The notes below the pieces were generated by a model. It saw only the letters and a program-made list of their open reading frames with translations. It was not told where the DNA came from and did not search any database. DNA of 64,000 bases from Takakia lepidozioides. Taxonomy: Eukaryota; Plantae; Bryophyta. The position numbers and the translations under genes were made by a program. The DNA lies in NCBI GenBank assembly GCA_030704615.1, contig CM060733.1, positions 37,882,001 through 37,946,000 on the forward strand. Direction: 5' to 3'. Shown here piece by piece: positions 28,001-40,039 of the stretch (position 1 is its first letter; every line of letters starts with the position of its first letter).

Positions 28001-28488
28001 TTCGTCTGCACCGATCTGTGGCGGCGACTCTTGGTGGCTTTGCTACTATGGTGCCTCCTCCAGACGATACTTCGCATCCCACGAAAAGGAATGGCAAAAC
28101 ATTGCATCGTGTGGCTTCGGGGCTTGATCACGATGCGAAGGTGGAATCGGCCAGACTACTTCAGGCTCGGGTAACAGGAACTATGGAAGTACCTTCACCT
28201 GGGTATGGACGGGTTTATACTTTGGTCACATCTGCGTTTGTTTTGCACGACAGGGCCTATCAGGTGACGGTGGGAAATTTTCCAGGGTGTACCTCTCCCG
28301 ACTTCGTGTGCATGCGTGAGGAAGCTCTAGGAAAGAGAGGGAAATGGGTTCCTTGCAATCACCTTTACTACATCTTTTTGAGCGGGATGTATTGTGATCC
28401 CAAAAGAGACCAAATCATTCACCAGGCGACACTTGGTCTTGGTGAGGTACGGACACTTTTGCAGCGAGACATTGGCAATATCGAGTAG
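25002..28488 (+). pseudogene. Mutator-like (MULE) transposase copy 1: GCM-like Zn finger, DDE domain, SWIM finger
   Basis: CVGHLRC..C...CKFC...C...HDHP; MFDHCKR, FMADSAQ and CLFHW (CxxH); C-terminal CTSPDF...CNHLYY. Intron 27024-27132. In-frame stops (25986, 26601, 26862, 27569, 27870) and small indels. Start codon uncertain. Confidence 0.85.
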
Positions 28489-28789
28489 TGTTGCATATGT
28501 TACGATTTTTCGCAATGTCGAAGAGGGCTGCCTTGTTTGTAGAACCTGTATACACAGTTCTTAAATTAGGACAAGCAGGCGATGTCTCGTTATGAAAGGT
28601 AGTTTTTTTTTTCATCGGGTTTGGTTTTCGAGCCTCTAAAAGTGTGTGCTTCAACGCACACCACTTCTGCACCCACCCCCACCCCCAACATTGCCCCGGG
28701 AAAAAAAAATAAAAAATAAAAAATAAAAAATCTTGTTTTTGTTTGCGGGGCTGCCAAACATGGACAGGTGTCAGTATGAAAGCTCATTT

Positions 28790-30180
28790 TATTTTTTCAC
28801 GACCTCTACAGAAGCATTGCGTAAATGAGCTTCATGATGACCATCTGTTTTTTTTTCCACCTCTTCTTGAATAACAGGCACCTAAACAAGTTTCACAATG
28901 ACAACTCATTTGTTTTCCACCTCCTCTACACAAACAAACCCTAAATAAGCATTCATGATGACCATAAGATTTTTTTTTTCACCTCTTCTTCAATAACAGA
29001 AACCTGAACAAGTTTCACAATGATACAGGTCAACTTTTTTTTTACACCTCTTCTTCACAAACAAACCCTAAATAAGCATTCATGATGACCATCTGGGTTT
29101 TTCTTTTCACCTCTTCTTCAATAACATAAAGTTGAACAAGTTTGACAATGATAGAGCTCAAGTTTTTTTTTTCACATCTTCTTCACAAACAAACCCTAAA
29201 TAAGCATTCATGATGACCATCTGATAGTTTTTTCAACTCTTCTTCAATAACAGAAACCTGAACAAATTTGACAATGATAAAGCTTAAACTTTTTTTTCAC
29301 CTCTTCTTCACAAACAAACCCTAAATAAACATTCATGATGACCATCTGATATTTTTTTCACCTCTTCTTCAATAACAGAAACCTTAACAAGTTTGAGAAT
29401 GAGAGCTCAATTTTTTCACCTCTTCTTCACAAACAAACCCTAAATAAACATTCATAATGACCATCTGATTTTTTTTTTTCACCTCTTCTTCAATAACATA
29501 AACCTAAACAAGTTTGACAATGATAGAGCTTAACTTTTTTTTTCACCTCTTCTTCACAAACAAACCCTAAATAAGCATTCATGATGACCATCTGATTTTT
29601 TTTTCACCTCTTCTTCAATAACAGAACCCTGAACAAGTTTCAGAATGATAGCTTAATGTTTTTTTTTCACCTCTTCTTCACAAAGAAACCCTAAATAAGC
29701 ATTCACAACGACCATGTGATTTTTTTTTCACCTCATCTTCAATAACAAAAACCTGAACAAGTTCCACAATAAACTGCTCATTTTGTTTCACATCTTCTTC
29801 ACAAACAAAGCCTAAATAAGCTTGAAGATGGGCATCTGTTTAATTTTCACCTCATCTACATTAACAATAACCTTTGCCTGTTTCACAATGCGAGGTCATA
29901 TTTTGGCCATCTGTTCTTGGCCATCCGCATTATTTTTAACCTCTCCTTCAATATTTCATCCATCCATCATCCATCTACCATGGATGAAATATTGGAAACG
30001 TCATATCGCTTGACAATGAGCATCCAAACTTTTCTTGCCTCTTGTTCATGCAAGAATCCCTAAATAAGATTCATGATGACTCACCCAACCTTTTTTTTTT
30101 CACCGCTTCTTCAATAAGAAAACCTCAGTAAGTTTCACAATGACATTCCATTTTTTCTATACCTCTTTTTTTAAGCACTA
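28790..30180. repeat. Tandem array of ~118 bp units (dimers of ~59 bp), about 10 units
   Basis: CACCTCTTCTTCACAAACAAACCCTAAATAAGCATTCATGATGACCATCTG(T)n alternates with CACCTCTTCTTCAATAACAGAAACCTGAACAAGTTT. Confidence 0.95.
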
Positions 30181-30334
30181 TAACTGCTTCCACGACATTA
30201 GGACCCTCTCTAAACAGAGGACTCGGGTATGGGGCATGCTTCTTCCTCCACTAAACCCCTGGGCTCACGCTTAGAGGGCAAAGCGTGAGCCAAGCTCCTG
30301 GGCTCACGCGGCTAGGCTCACGCCGTAGCTATGC

Positions 30335-33300
30335 TCGACATAGAGATCTCCCAAACTGTAGGTCTTTGGATACATTGGGGATTGCAGTGGACACTGGGGG
30401 TCACACTTGGGCCTCTAGATGGGAGATGCACTTGGGCTTAGATTTCAATTTTTCACACATGGGCCACGGCATAGGCTACACTAGAGGTCGAACTTGGGCC
30501 TCAACATAAGAGACACACTGGGAGACATAAGAAATTACACTTGGTCTTAAATGACAGTGGACACTTGGGCCTCTACACGGGAGATTCACTTGGATACATA
30601 AAAGATTGCACACTGGGCTTAGATGGGCCTCGACATAGGAGGCGCACATGGGAGATGTCATTGGATATATATGAGACGCACTTGGATACATAGGAGATTG
30701 CACTTGGGCTTAAATGACAGTGGACACTTGGGCCTCTACACGGGAGATGCACTTGGATACATAAAAGATTGCACTTGGGCTTAGATGGGCCTCGACATAG
30801 GAGACGCACTAGAATACATAGGAAATTGCACTTGGTCTTAGATTTCAATTATTCACACATGGGCCAACGGCACAAGCTACCGTAGAGGTCGACTTGGGCC
30901 ATAGGAGACGCACTTGGATACATAGGAGATTGCACATGGGCTTAGATGACCCTGGACACTTGGGCCAACGGCACAGGCTACCCTAGTCAATCTATGAAGC
31001 AAGACGTTTGTTTTGTTTTGTTTTGTTTTGTCACGTTGAGATGTCCCAAATCGCAAGGCCCGGCGCCGGTGCTTGGTACCGTTGGAAAGCCTCGACGAGG
31101 AGGGGTGCACGGGCTTGGTCTCAGGATTTTTGGACCTGCGGTGTGGGAGATGTGGAATTCCAAGTACTTTTGGTCGCTGGAAATTCACAAAAAATAGCAA
31201 AAATGGCAAAATGGGCAATGGTTGGAGCCTCGACGGAAGAGATATCAAGGGAAAGGTCTCTGGTTCAAATCTGACCGTAGGCTCTCTGGAAAAAAACTTA
31301 CTTAGATGACATTCGACACTTGGGCCAATGGCAAAGGCTACCCTAGGGCCTAGAGGTTGCACTTGGGCCTCGACATAGGAGACGCACTTGGATACATAGG
31401 AAATTGCACTAGATACATAGGAGATTAGACTTGGGCTTAGATGACAGTGGACAATTGGGGCTATACATGGGAGATGCACTTGGATACATGAATAGAAGAT
31501 TGCACTTGGGCTTAGATGGGCCTCGACATAGGAGACGCACTTAGATACATAGGAAATTACACTTGGTCAAATCTGGTCGTAGGCTCCCTGAAAAAAAAAA
31601 TGATTAGATATGGGATTGCACTTGGACTTAGATGACGCCTGTACATGGGAGATGCACTTGGATACATGAATAGAAGATTGTACTTGGGCTTAGATTTCAA
31701 TTCTTCACACATGGGCCAACGGCATAGGCTACACTAGAGGTCACACTTGGGCCTCGACATAGGAGACCCACTTGGATACATAAGAAATTGCACTCGGGCT
31801 TAGATTTCAATTCTTCACACACGGGCCTTGACATAGGAGACGCTACTTGAATACATAGGGGATTGCACTTGGACTTAGATTTCAATTCTTAACACATGGG
31901 CCAATGGCGCAGGCTATCCTTGGCCTAGATCTCCCAAATAGGAGGGTCTCTAGATACATAGGGGATTGCACTTGGACTTAGATGACACTGAACACTTGGG
32001 CCAACGGCATAGGCTACCCTATCAATCTATGAAGCAAGACGTTTGTTTTGTTTTGTTCTGTTTTGTCACGTTGAGATGTCCCGAACCGCAAGGCCCCAGC
32101 GCTGGTGCTTGGTACCATTGGAAAGCCCTTGACGAGGAGGGGTGCACGGGCTTGGTCACATGATTTTTTGACCTGCGGCGTGGGAGATGTGGAATTCCAA
32201 GTGCTTTTGGTCGCTGGAAATTCACAAAAAATAGCAAAAAATGGCAAAGTGGGTATTCATGGGACAATGGTTGGAGCCTCGACGGGAGAGATATCAAGGG
32301 AAAGGTCTCCGGTTCAAATCTGGTCATAGGCTCTGTAGAAAAAAACTTACTTAGATGTCATTCGACACTTGGGCCAACGGCAAAGGCTACCCTAGAGGTT
32401 GCATTTGGGCCTCGACATAGGAGACGCACTTTGATACATAGGGGATTGCACTGGATACATAGTAGATTGAACTTGGGCTTAGATGACAGTGGACAAATGG
32501 GGCTCTACATGGGAGATGCACTTGGATACATGAATAGAAGATTGCACTTGGGCTTAGATGGGCCTCCACATAGGAGACACACTTGGATACATAGGAAATT
32601 ACACTTGGTCTTAGATTCCAATTCTTCACATATGGGCCAAATGGCATATGCTACACTAGAGGTCGCACTTGGGCCTCGACATAGGAGACGCACTGGGATA
32701 CATAGAAAATCTTACACTTGGGCTTAGATGACACTGGACACTTGGGCCAATGGCACAGGCTACCCTAGAGGTCACGCTTGGGCCTTGACATAGGAGACGC
32801 AGTGGGATACATACAAAATCTTACAATTGGGCTTAGATGACAGTGGACACTTGGGCCAATGGCACAGGCTACCCTAGAGGTCGCATTTGGGCCTCGACAT
32901 AGGAGCCGCACTTAATATATAGGGGATTGCACTTGGACTTAGGTGACGCTTGACACTTGGGCCAACGGCACATGCTACCCTAGTCAATATACGAAAGTGG
33001 GCTTTCCTGGCACAATGATCGGAGCCTTGGCAGGAGAGATACAAGGAAAAGGTCTCCCGTTCAAATCAGGTCGTAGATTCCATGGAAAAAAAATGATTAG
33101 ACTTGGATGACTTAGATGACATTGGACACTTGGGCCAACGACAAATGCTACCCTAGAGGTTGCATTTGGGCCTTGACATAGGAGACGCACTTTGATACAT
33201 AGGGGATTGCACTTGGACTTAGATGACAATGGACACTTGGGTCTCCGGTTCATAAAAAGTAGCAAAAACGGCAAAGTGGGCATTCCTGGGACAATGGTTG

Positions 33301-34130
33301 GAGCCTCGACGGGAGAGATATCAAGAGAAAGGTCTCCGGTTCAAATCTGGTCGTAGGCTCTCTGGAAAAGCTCTAACTTAGATGACGTTGGGCCGTTGGA
33401 AATTCGGGAAAAATAGCAAAGTGGGCATTCCTAGGAGAATGGTTGGAGCCTCGACGGGAGAGACAACAAGAGAGAGGTCTCCGGTTCAAATCTGGTCATA
33501 GGCTATGTGGAGAAAAAAAAGATTAGATATGGCTAAATCAGTAGACTTAGATGACTTAGATGACAGTGGACACTTGGGCCAACGGCACAGGCTACCCAAG
33601 AGGTCGCACTTGGGCCTCACTTAGGAGTTGCACTAGGATACATATGAGATCTTACTTGGACTTAGATGACACTGGGCATTTGGGCCAACGGCACAAGCTA
33701 CCCTAGAGGTCGCATTTGAGCCTCGACATAGGAGACACACTTGGATATATAGGGGATAGCACTTGGAGATATCAAGGGAAAGGTCTCTGGTTCAAATCTG
33801 GTCGTAGGCTCTGTGAAAAGCAAATTGATTGGATATGGCTTGCTTCATATATCGATGCACTTGGACTTAGATGACACTGGACACTTGGGCCAACGGCACA
33901 GGCTACCCTAGTCAATATATGAATCGAGACGTTTGTTTTGTTTTGTTTTGTTTGTTTGTTTGTAGTGTCGTTGATATGTCCCAAACCGCGAGGCCCTAGC
34001 GCTGGTGCTTGGTACCGTTGGAAAGCCCTCGATGAGGAGGGGTGCACCGGCTTGGTCTCATGATTTTTGGACCTGCGGTGTGGGAGATACGGAATTCAAA
34101 GTACTTTTGGTTGTTGGAAATTCACAAATT
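30335..34130 (+). mobile_element. Head-to-tail array of non-autonomous Helitrons with internal satellite
   Basis: CTAG|TCAAT junctions at 30986/7, 32983/4 and 33911/2 (CTA|TCAAT at 32021/2), each preceded by the GGGCCAACGGCA hairpin; many reiterated 3'-end units. Confidence 0.75.
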
Positions 34131-34134
34131 GGGT

Positions 34135-36742
34135 GACACCACCATACAGTAACACTTTTGTGTGCAAGTTTTGTAGGCTACCACCTTGTTGCCTTACATT
34201 GTGTGGCGCCAGAATGTACTATGTGGTGCATCGATTCAAAACCCTAATTAGAGCGTGTGTCCTTTTCGGTTTTCACAACCACCCTGTGTCCAAGGGGGAT
34301 TACAGGGAGAGCGTTGAGACAGTCTCGCGTCTGATAAGGCAAGAGTTGGATACCAATCCAAGTGGAACCACTTCTGCAATTGCCATGGGGGTGAGCAAGT
34401 CCTTTCTGGAAAGCCGTATTTTGTGTGCATCAGATTCGGTTGGAGGAAAACTGGAGGGACCAACTTTGGACATTGTTATGGACCATTTCTCAACATTGAC
34501 TTCTCCAAACATTAGGAATCAAGTGAACGCTTTGAGAATGGGCTCTGGGAGCCGAGGTTATATGGACAATATTATGGATTTGAAGAAAAAGAGCATGTAC
34601 GACTACTTCCAAGACAACGTTTTCCCGGGACAAGGAGCCAGGAAAGTATTCATGTTTAAAATGTCCACAAAAGGTGAGGGGCAGCGGAGTCAGCCTAGTT
34701 AAACGTATGCAAAAGGGTGGCGATCTTGGCAATTGCTTCCTTATGTTCGATTACGTGAAGAGGGTTAAAGACTGGACCACAATGGCATGTCATGTTTACG
34801 ACCCTGTGTATCAGCGTGTCATGACAATTGCAGTGTGTGACATGCAGCCAGAGGACACAGAATCACAGCAGCTCATGTGGGAAGCTCTCATTCGCGTTAT
34901 GGCCTCCAATGGTTTCCCATCTCCAAATTTTGTTGGTTTCATGGCCGACAGTGCTCAAGCGAACTTCAACGCAGTCCGCATTGTGTTCGAGACGGGAGAT
35001 CCAAAAGTGCTCATGCCTGGAAGAGAACGTACGTGTCTTTTCCAGTGGACACAATCCCTAGACAAACACACAAAGGCAGACATCAAGCTGGATATGCAGA
35101 GTATGCATCGTCAACTGTGCAAACAGTACAAAGACGCCAAAACTATGGGGGAAGCAAATACATTGTTCCAGACAATTCGTGTCTGGTGGTACTCATCTGG
35201 AGCGGCATCGGAAGACAGCATGAGGGCACTGGAAGACTTGTTTGCATTTTGGCACTTCCGTTACCGACAGTGGGGAGCGGCCATGACAACGGTGAGCGGT
35301 TTGCATTCATCTTCCTTTCGGTGCTTCGGATTTTCAGAGTCCCAATCCTAATATCGGCTTTTGCACCTTGCAGCATATGTCCATTGAGGAGATGGCGGAC
35401 ATGCCTTCTTGCAATCTAGCGGAGACAGTGCACAATGTCTGGTTGCAGCAATCCGGCAAAAAAGGAAGAGATTTGTATGAGGCCACGGCCGATGACGTGA
35501 TCCGTGCTCTTCAGCAGCAAACCAGATACAAATCATTCTTGAGGGGTGGCCTTGGTGGTAAAGGCCCGGACAAGAGTGAGTTGATCTTGTGGGCAACCAG
35601 AAGATCAGGGGATCCTACCAAAATAGCACGGGCAGTGAGCATAGATGGCACCCCTCTCGTGGGTAGAGTTCTCCATCTGGAAGGCGAAGAGAGATTCGGG
35701 TCTTGCAAACGGAAATTGGACACCCCTCCCGGATCGGATGCAGATTCCCATAGGGCGGACAGGGTCAACTTCTCCACGCCACGTGCTCCCTTGGATCAGA
35801 GATGGAATTGTGGAACATCCACAAGTGAGGGTCATTCAGCCCCAGACCAGACCCATGCATCAAGCACTGTCACTGCAATGGTTGAAGACCAGAACAAGGT
35901 GCTGCATGTAATGGAGTCCATGTGCTTGGACAAGGTTTGGCATATAGAATGCATAAGTGCTGGATCGCGTGTGAAATGCGTGACGATCAGAGCCACCAAT
36001 CATGAAAAATGTACATCTTTAATGAAGCAAAGAACGCACTGCAGCTCCTACATTCATTGGTTTGTTTCTCCCTTACGGACAAGGAGAGGCAAAGAACCAC
36101 AAGTTCTGGTTCTGCGCTGACGATTGCGGGAGATGTGTGTGTGGGACAATGAGGCCCTCCATGGTGAGGAAGCCTACTCCACCAACCGTGTGGCCTGTGA
36201 TGCGCACAAGTCTCACTCACCAAGAGATCGCAATGCTGGAAGAGGCGAATTTCTCCCTAGCCAGACATTCCATTGCACGTGGAGGTGCTTCAAGTTCAAG
36301 TGGTTTGCGGGTACCCCCACCTGACGCTCATTTATGGCCAAACAGACGGAATGGGAAGCTGGTTCGACGATTCCCTCCAACCGCAGAACATTACAGCAAA
36401 ATCGAGTCCGCGAGAATGCTTCACGCTTGTGTTGCGGCAACAATGGAAGTGCTTGATCCAGGGTACGGTCGGGTCTTCACCATGATCTCATCCGCATCTG
36501 CCCTGCAAGACAGGACGTACGACATCACTGTTTCCAATTTTCCCAATTGCACCTGTCCTGGTTTTGTTGGTATGCTTTCAAGTAGTTTGGGAAAGAAAGG
36601 GAAGTTCATACTGTGCAAACATCTTTATTTCGTCTTCTTGAGAAGGATGGTTTGTGATCCAAAGCGCGACTTCTTCATTCACCAAGCCACTATGAGTTTC
36701 AACGAAGTTAACACACTTCTACAGTGGGATACAAGCCCATAG
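34135..36742 (+). pseudogene. Mutator-like transposase copy 2 (5'-truncated)
   Basis: CKFC...HNHP, MFDYVKR, FMADSAQ, CLFQW, CNLAETVH and SWIM CTCPGF...CKHLYF. Intron 35292-35373 at the same position as in copy 1. Frameshifts near 34680 and 36030. Confidence 0.88.
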
Positions 36743-36944
36743 ACAGCATGCACTTGACATGAATAAATCTGTATTTTCCTTGACTACAACTTGTAATGGA
36801 ATGACTGTTCAAGTCCAGTGTCTCTCAGTGTATGTCCTCTAACATCTTCGCAATGCGTGGGTCAACGCATTTGTCGCATTGGTTCGTCCACCTCTTTTCA
36901 TTTGCAAACACAACAAGCTTCCTTCAGATAGACAGTCTCGGAAA

Positions 36945-37198
36945 TCAACCTCATGTTAACACGAGGTTGACTTGAAGTTCTCCAAATCCACCTTGTGTCG
37001 ACACAAGGTTGATTTTAGTTCTAAGAAAACAACATCGTGTTAATATCAGGTTGATTTGAACATCTCCAAATCAACCTTATGTTGACACAAAGTTGATTTC
37101 TGTTCCAGGAAAACAACCTCATGTTAACACAACGTTCATTTCAGTTCTAGAGTTTAGGGTTCTAGGGTTTCAGAAGCTTCTGTTAACACAAGGTTGAA
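36945..37198. repeat. P1-type palindromes in a 42 bp tandem array (~6 copies)
   Basis: TCAACCTCATGTTAACACGAGGTTGA-like copies at 36945, 36987, 37029, 37071, 37113 and ~37175. Confidence 0.85.
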
Positions 37199-37636
37199 CT
37201 CCAGGAAAGCCTGAAACCCTTAATCCGTTTCACCTTCATGTGGTGAAATCAGTAGTTGTAGGCTCCACGGTTATAGGCCCACCTTCTTTGTGGTGACGTG
37301 GCATGACATGGGCCAGGCTCACGCCACGTCAGCATCAGCGCCACGCCTAGTTGCACATTTGGACGTGACGTGGCATTGACGCGTCAGCGTCATGTCCGAC
37401 GTCAGCGACGGACGTACGTCACGTCACGTTCTAAACGGACGTTACTGTACATAAATATGTTTATTTTTTTACTTTACTATTGATTATTTACTATGAGAAC
37501 CAACGTGGCAACCGATGTGGCCTCATTACGTGGACTTCATTATTTATCTGTAAAATTCATATATTATGATTTATATTGTCAATCATGCGACCGTCAGCAA
37601 CAGTTGATCGGACAATTTAAAAAAAAATAAAAAATA

Positions 37637-38160
37637 GGTGCGACCACCAGAAAGGGGTGGTCGCACATTTTTTCTTATTTTTTAAATGGGTGCGACCACC
37701 AGCAGGTGGTGGTCGCAGCATTTTCATTTTTTTTTAATAGGTACGACCACAAGCAGAGGGTGGTCGTACATTTTTACATTTTTAAAAAATTGAGTGCGAC
37801 CACGAGCAGGTGGTGGTCGCAACATTTTCAATTTTTTTTAAATAGATGTAATCACCAGCAGGGGATGGTCGCACATTTTTAATTATTTTTTAAATGGGTG
37901 CGACCACCAGCCGGTGGTGGTCGCAGATTTTTTCTTTTTTGTTATTAGGTACGACCACTTATGGGGGGTCGCACATTTTCGTTTTGTTTTTAAAAAGGTG
38001 CGACCACCAGCAGAGGGGGGGTCGCAACAGTTTTTTTTGTTTTGTTATTAGCTACGACCTCCCATAGGTGCGACCGCTACCTGGACATGTGGCGAGGTGC
38101 GAATGGCCAGCAGAGGCGGTCGAGCGCCGCTCAAGGCAGGCCTCTCCAGGCAGTATATAA
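37637..38160 (+). promoter_or_regulatory. Hairpin family P3 array (TGCGACCACC-n-GGTGGTCGCA, ~52 bp period) plus TATA box upstream of the kinase
   Basis: ~8 copies separated by A/T tracts; GGTCGAGCG at 38118; TATATAA at 38154-38160. Promoter role is inferred. Confidence 0.65.
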
Positions 38161-38374
38161 GGGCCTACCCCTATTCCCAATCCATTTTTTTTCCCTCTCT
38201 GTGAGTGCGGTTCTGGGGCTTCTTGGAGTTTCAACTTCGGTGGCCAGAACTGAGCCGTGGGGGGGGGGGAAGAAAGTGGATTTGTGTAAGGGAGGAGTTT
38301 TTGTTTTTTTTCCCTGGGACTGCGGGAGACAGTTTTGACACGAAGCCGCGTCTATTCCGCAGAGTACTTTCATC

Positions 38375-39883
38375 ATGTCCGGAAACATTGCTTCGAACGC
38401 AGTGTCAGGGGGTTCCTTGAGAAGTGGGCGTAAAGGTAGGAAGCGTAAACATGCACATGAACGGGATAGTCAGGTCAATAAAAAAGACTATCCAAGCGCA
38501 GAGGCCGCGAAGGTGGTGAAGCAAGTAGTGCTGGATTATTTGAAGGACAATGACATAATGCGTTTGAATCTTTTGTATGTCCGACATGGGAATGAAGGGT
38601 TCCTTAGATTCTAGCACAATATGGAGATGAGAATGAGGGAGGCTTTGGGCGGGGCTGAATGGGAGGAGGACAGGGCGAATTTCCAGGTCACGAAATGGAT
38701 GGAGGACCGGGCCCATGATGCCACATGGAATCTGAGGCAAACCATGGACAAGTTTGTTACGAGAACACTTGTAGCTGAAGGTCGCATGCCAACTTTGGAG
38801 GAGGAGTTGTTTGTGCTTGTGGATTGGTGGTCTGACATGACAAAGGCCCACGCCAAACGACGTACGAAACCACTCCCATGGAAGGCAGGGTCCTCGTCCG
38901 CGGATGCGGCATTGAACGTGAGATACATGTCCACAAACGCACAGGTACAATAACTCGACGCGCCCAAACATGGAGGGTATGGTACAATTCGAAGGGTTAG
39001 AATTATTGGGGATCAATTCATTCCTCCATCCTGGGAGCTAGCAGGGACAACGCCCAGGGAAACAAATGCTGAGCTTGCCAAAGTCCAACATAACAATGAG
39101 GCGTTGGCTGTAAAATTCCATCATTTCGGCATCATAAAGTATTTTGCGTTGCATCCACGTCGAAATGAAGGTTACACACATTGGTGGAACGGGGGGACCA
39201 TACGATCATGGTTGAGTATTGACAGGAAATGGGGGAATGATCGGGATAACAGGGAGTTAATGGAACGACGGGGGACGGAGCATGAAATGCAGGAGGTCAA
39301 CCGACTAGTTCGATTCCGACAGAATCGCACCCAATTGGCATGGGCGCTTTTGCACATCATGCTCAACGTCCATAATCACCACCTCTTGCACAACGACATG
39401 TTCCCCGACAACATCTAGTTGCATTTTCCACAAGGGTCTGAAGATGTGTACATCGGGGTATGCGATTGGGGGATGGCCTCCACGACGGATGACCCAAAAA
39501 CCATGTTGTACATTTTCGAGAGCAGAGACAAGATGATAAAGACTCTCGCACATAGATGGTGGATTGCACCTGAAATTGCAATTGTTCATAATGTAGCCAA
39601 CAATCAGTCAAATGGCACACCTCGTAGGCCCCCTCTAACCGTGCCATCAGAGACCTTTGCAATTGGGAAGATAGCCCAGGCAATAAATGGGGGTAACACG
39701 TTCGATGCAAGCCTGTTCAACGATATGTCTACTGGAACATGTTTTGCTTTGGCTCTGGAAAACTTGTGTGTAAACACAGTAGAGTTGCGGTACAAACTAG
39801 AAAATGTTGTGAAGCGTTTCATGACGGGGCTATTCAATTGGCCTGAGTCCAAAAATTGCTGGAGGATAGATAGAAACTTGTAG
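38375..39883 (+). pseudogene. Intronless divergent protein kinase with N-terminal extension (~500 codons)
   Basis: Four ORF pieces in one frame separated by three stops. HGGYGTIRRV, LLHNDMFPDNI, VCDWGMA and WWIAPE correspond to kinase subdomains I, VIb, VII and VIII. Confidence 0.85.
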
Positions 39884-40039
39884 ACCTCTGACTATACATC
39901 ATGTTGGATAAATGTTGTTTTCAATTGTGTTTGTCTCATACCATAATGTTTTAATGGTTTGTTACTTGCCCATCACCTGGGTCCATCATATGGGATAATC
40001 AAGCACCACACCCACGAATCTTGAAGAGTGACAGTGTAC

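Noticed and set aside
22478-30329. Complete MULE with paired TIRs and a TSD
   Set aside because: GATGCT at 22478 is better read as one arm of a hairpin in the right end of copy A; the flanks show no duplication.
31210-33510. Functional tRNA genes
   Set aside because: No convincing acceptor or anticodon stems; the copies are embedded in a repeat.
30476-34047. Many short ORFs in the Helitron array
   Set aside because: Translations of tandem repeats; no Rep or helicase motifs.
37637-38030. P3 (and P1/P2) arrays as CRISPR arrays
   Set aside because: Repeats are degenerate, spacers are related A/T tracts rather than unique sequences, there are no cas genes, and the context is eukaryotic.
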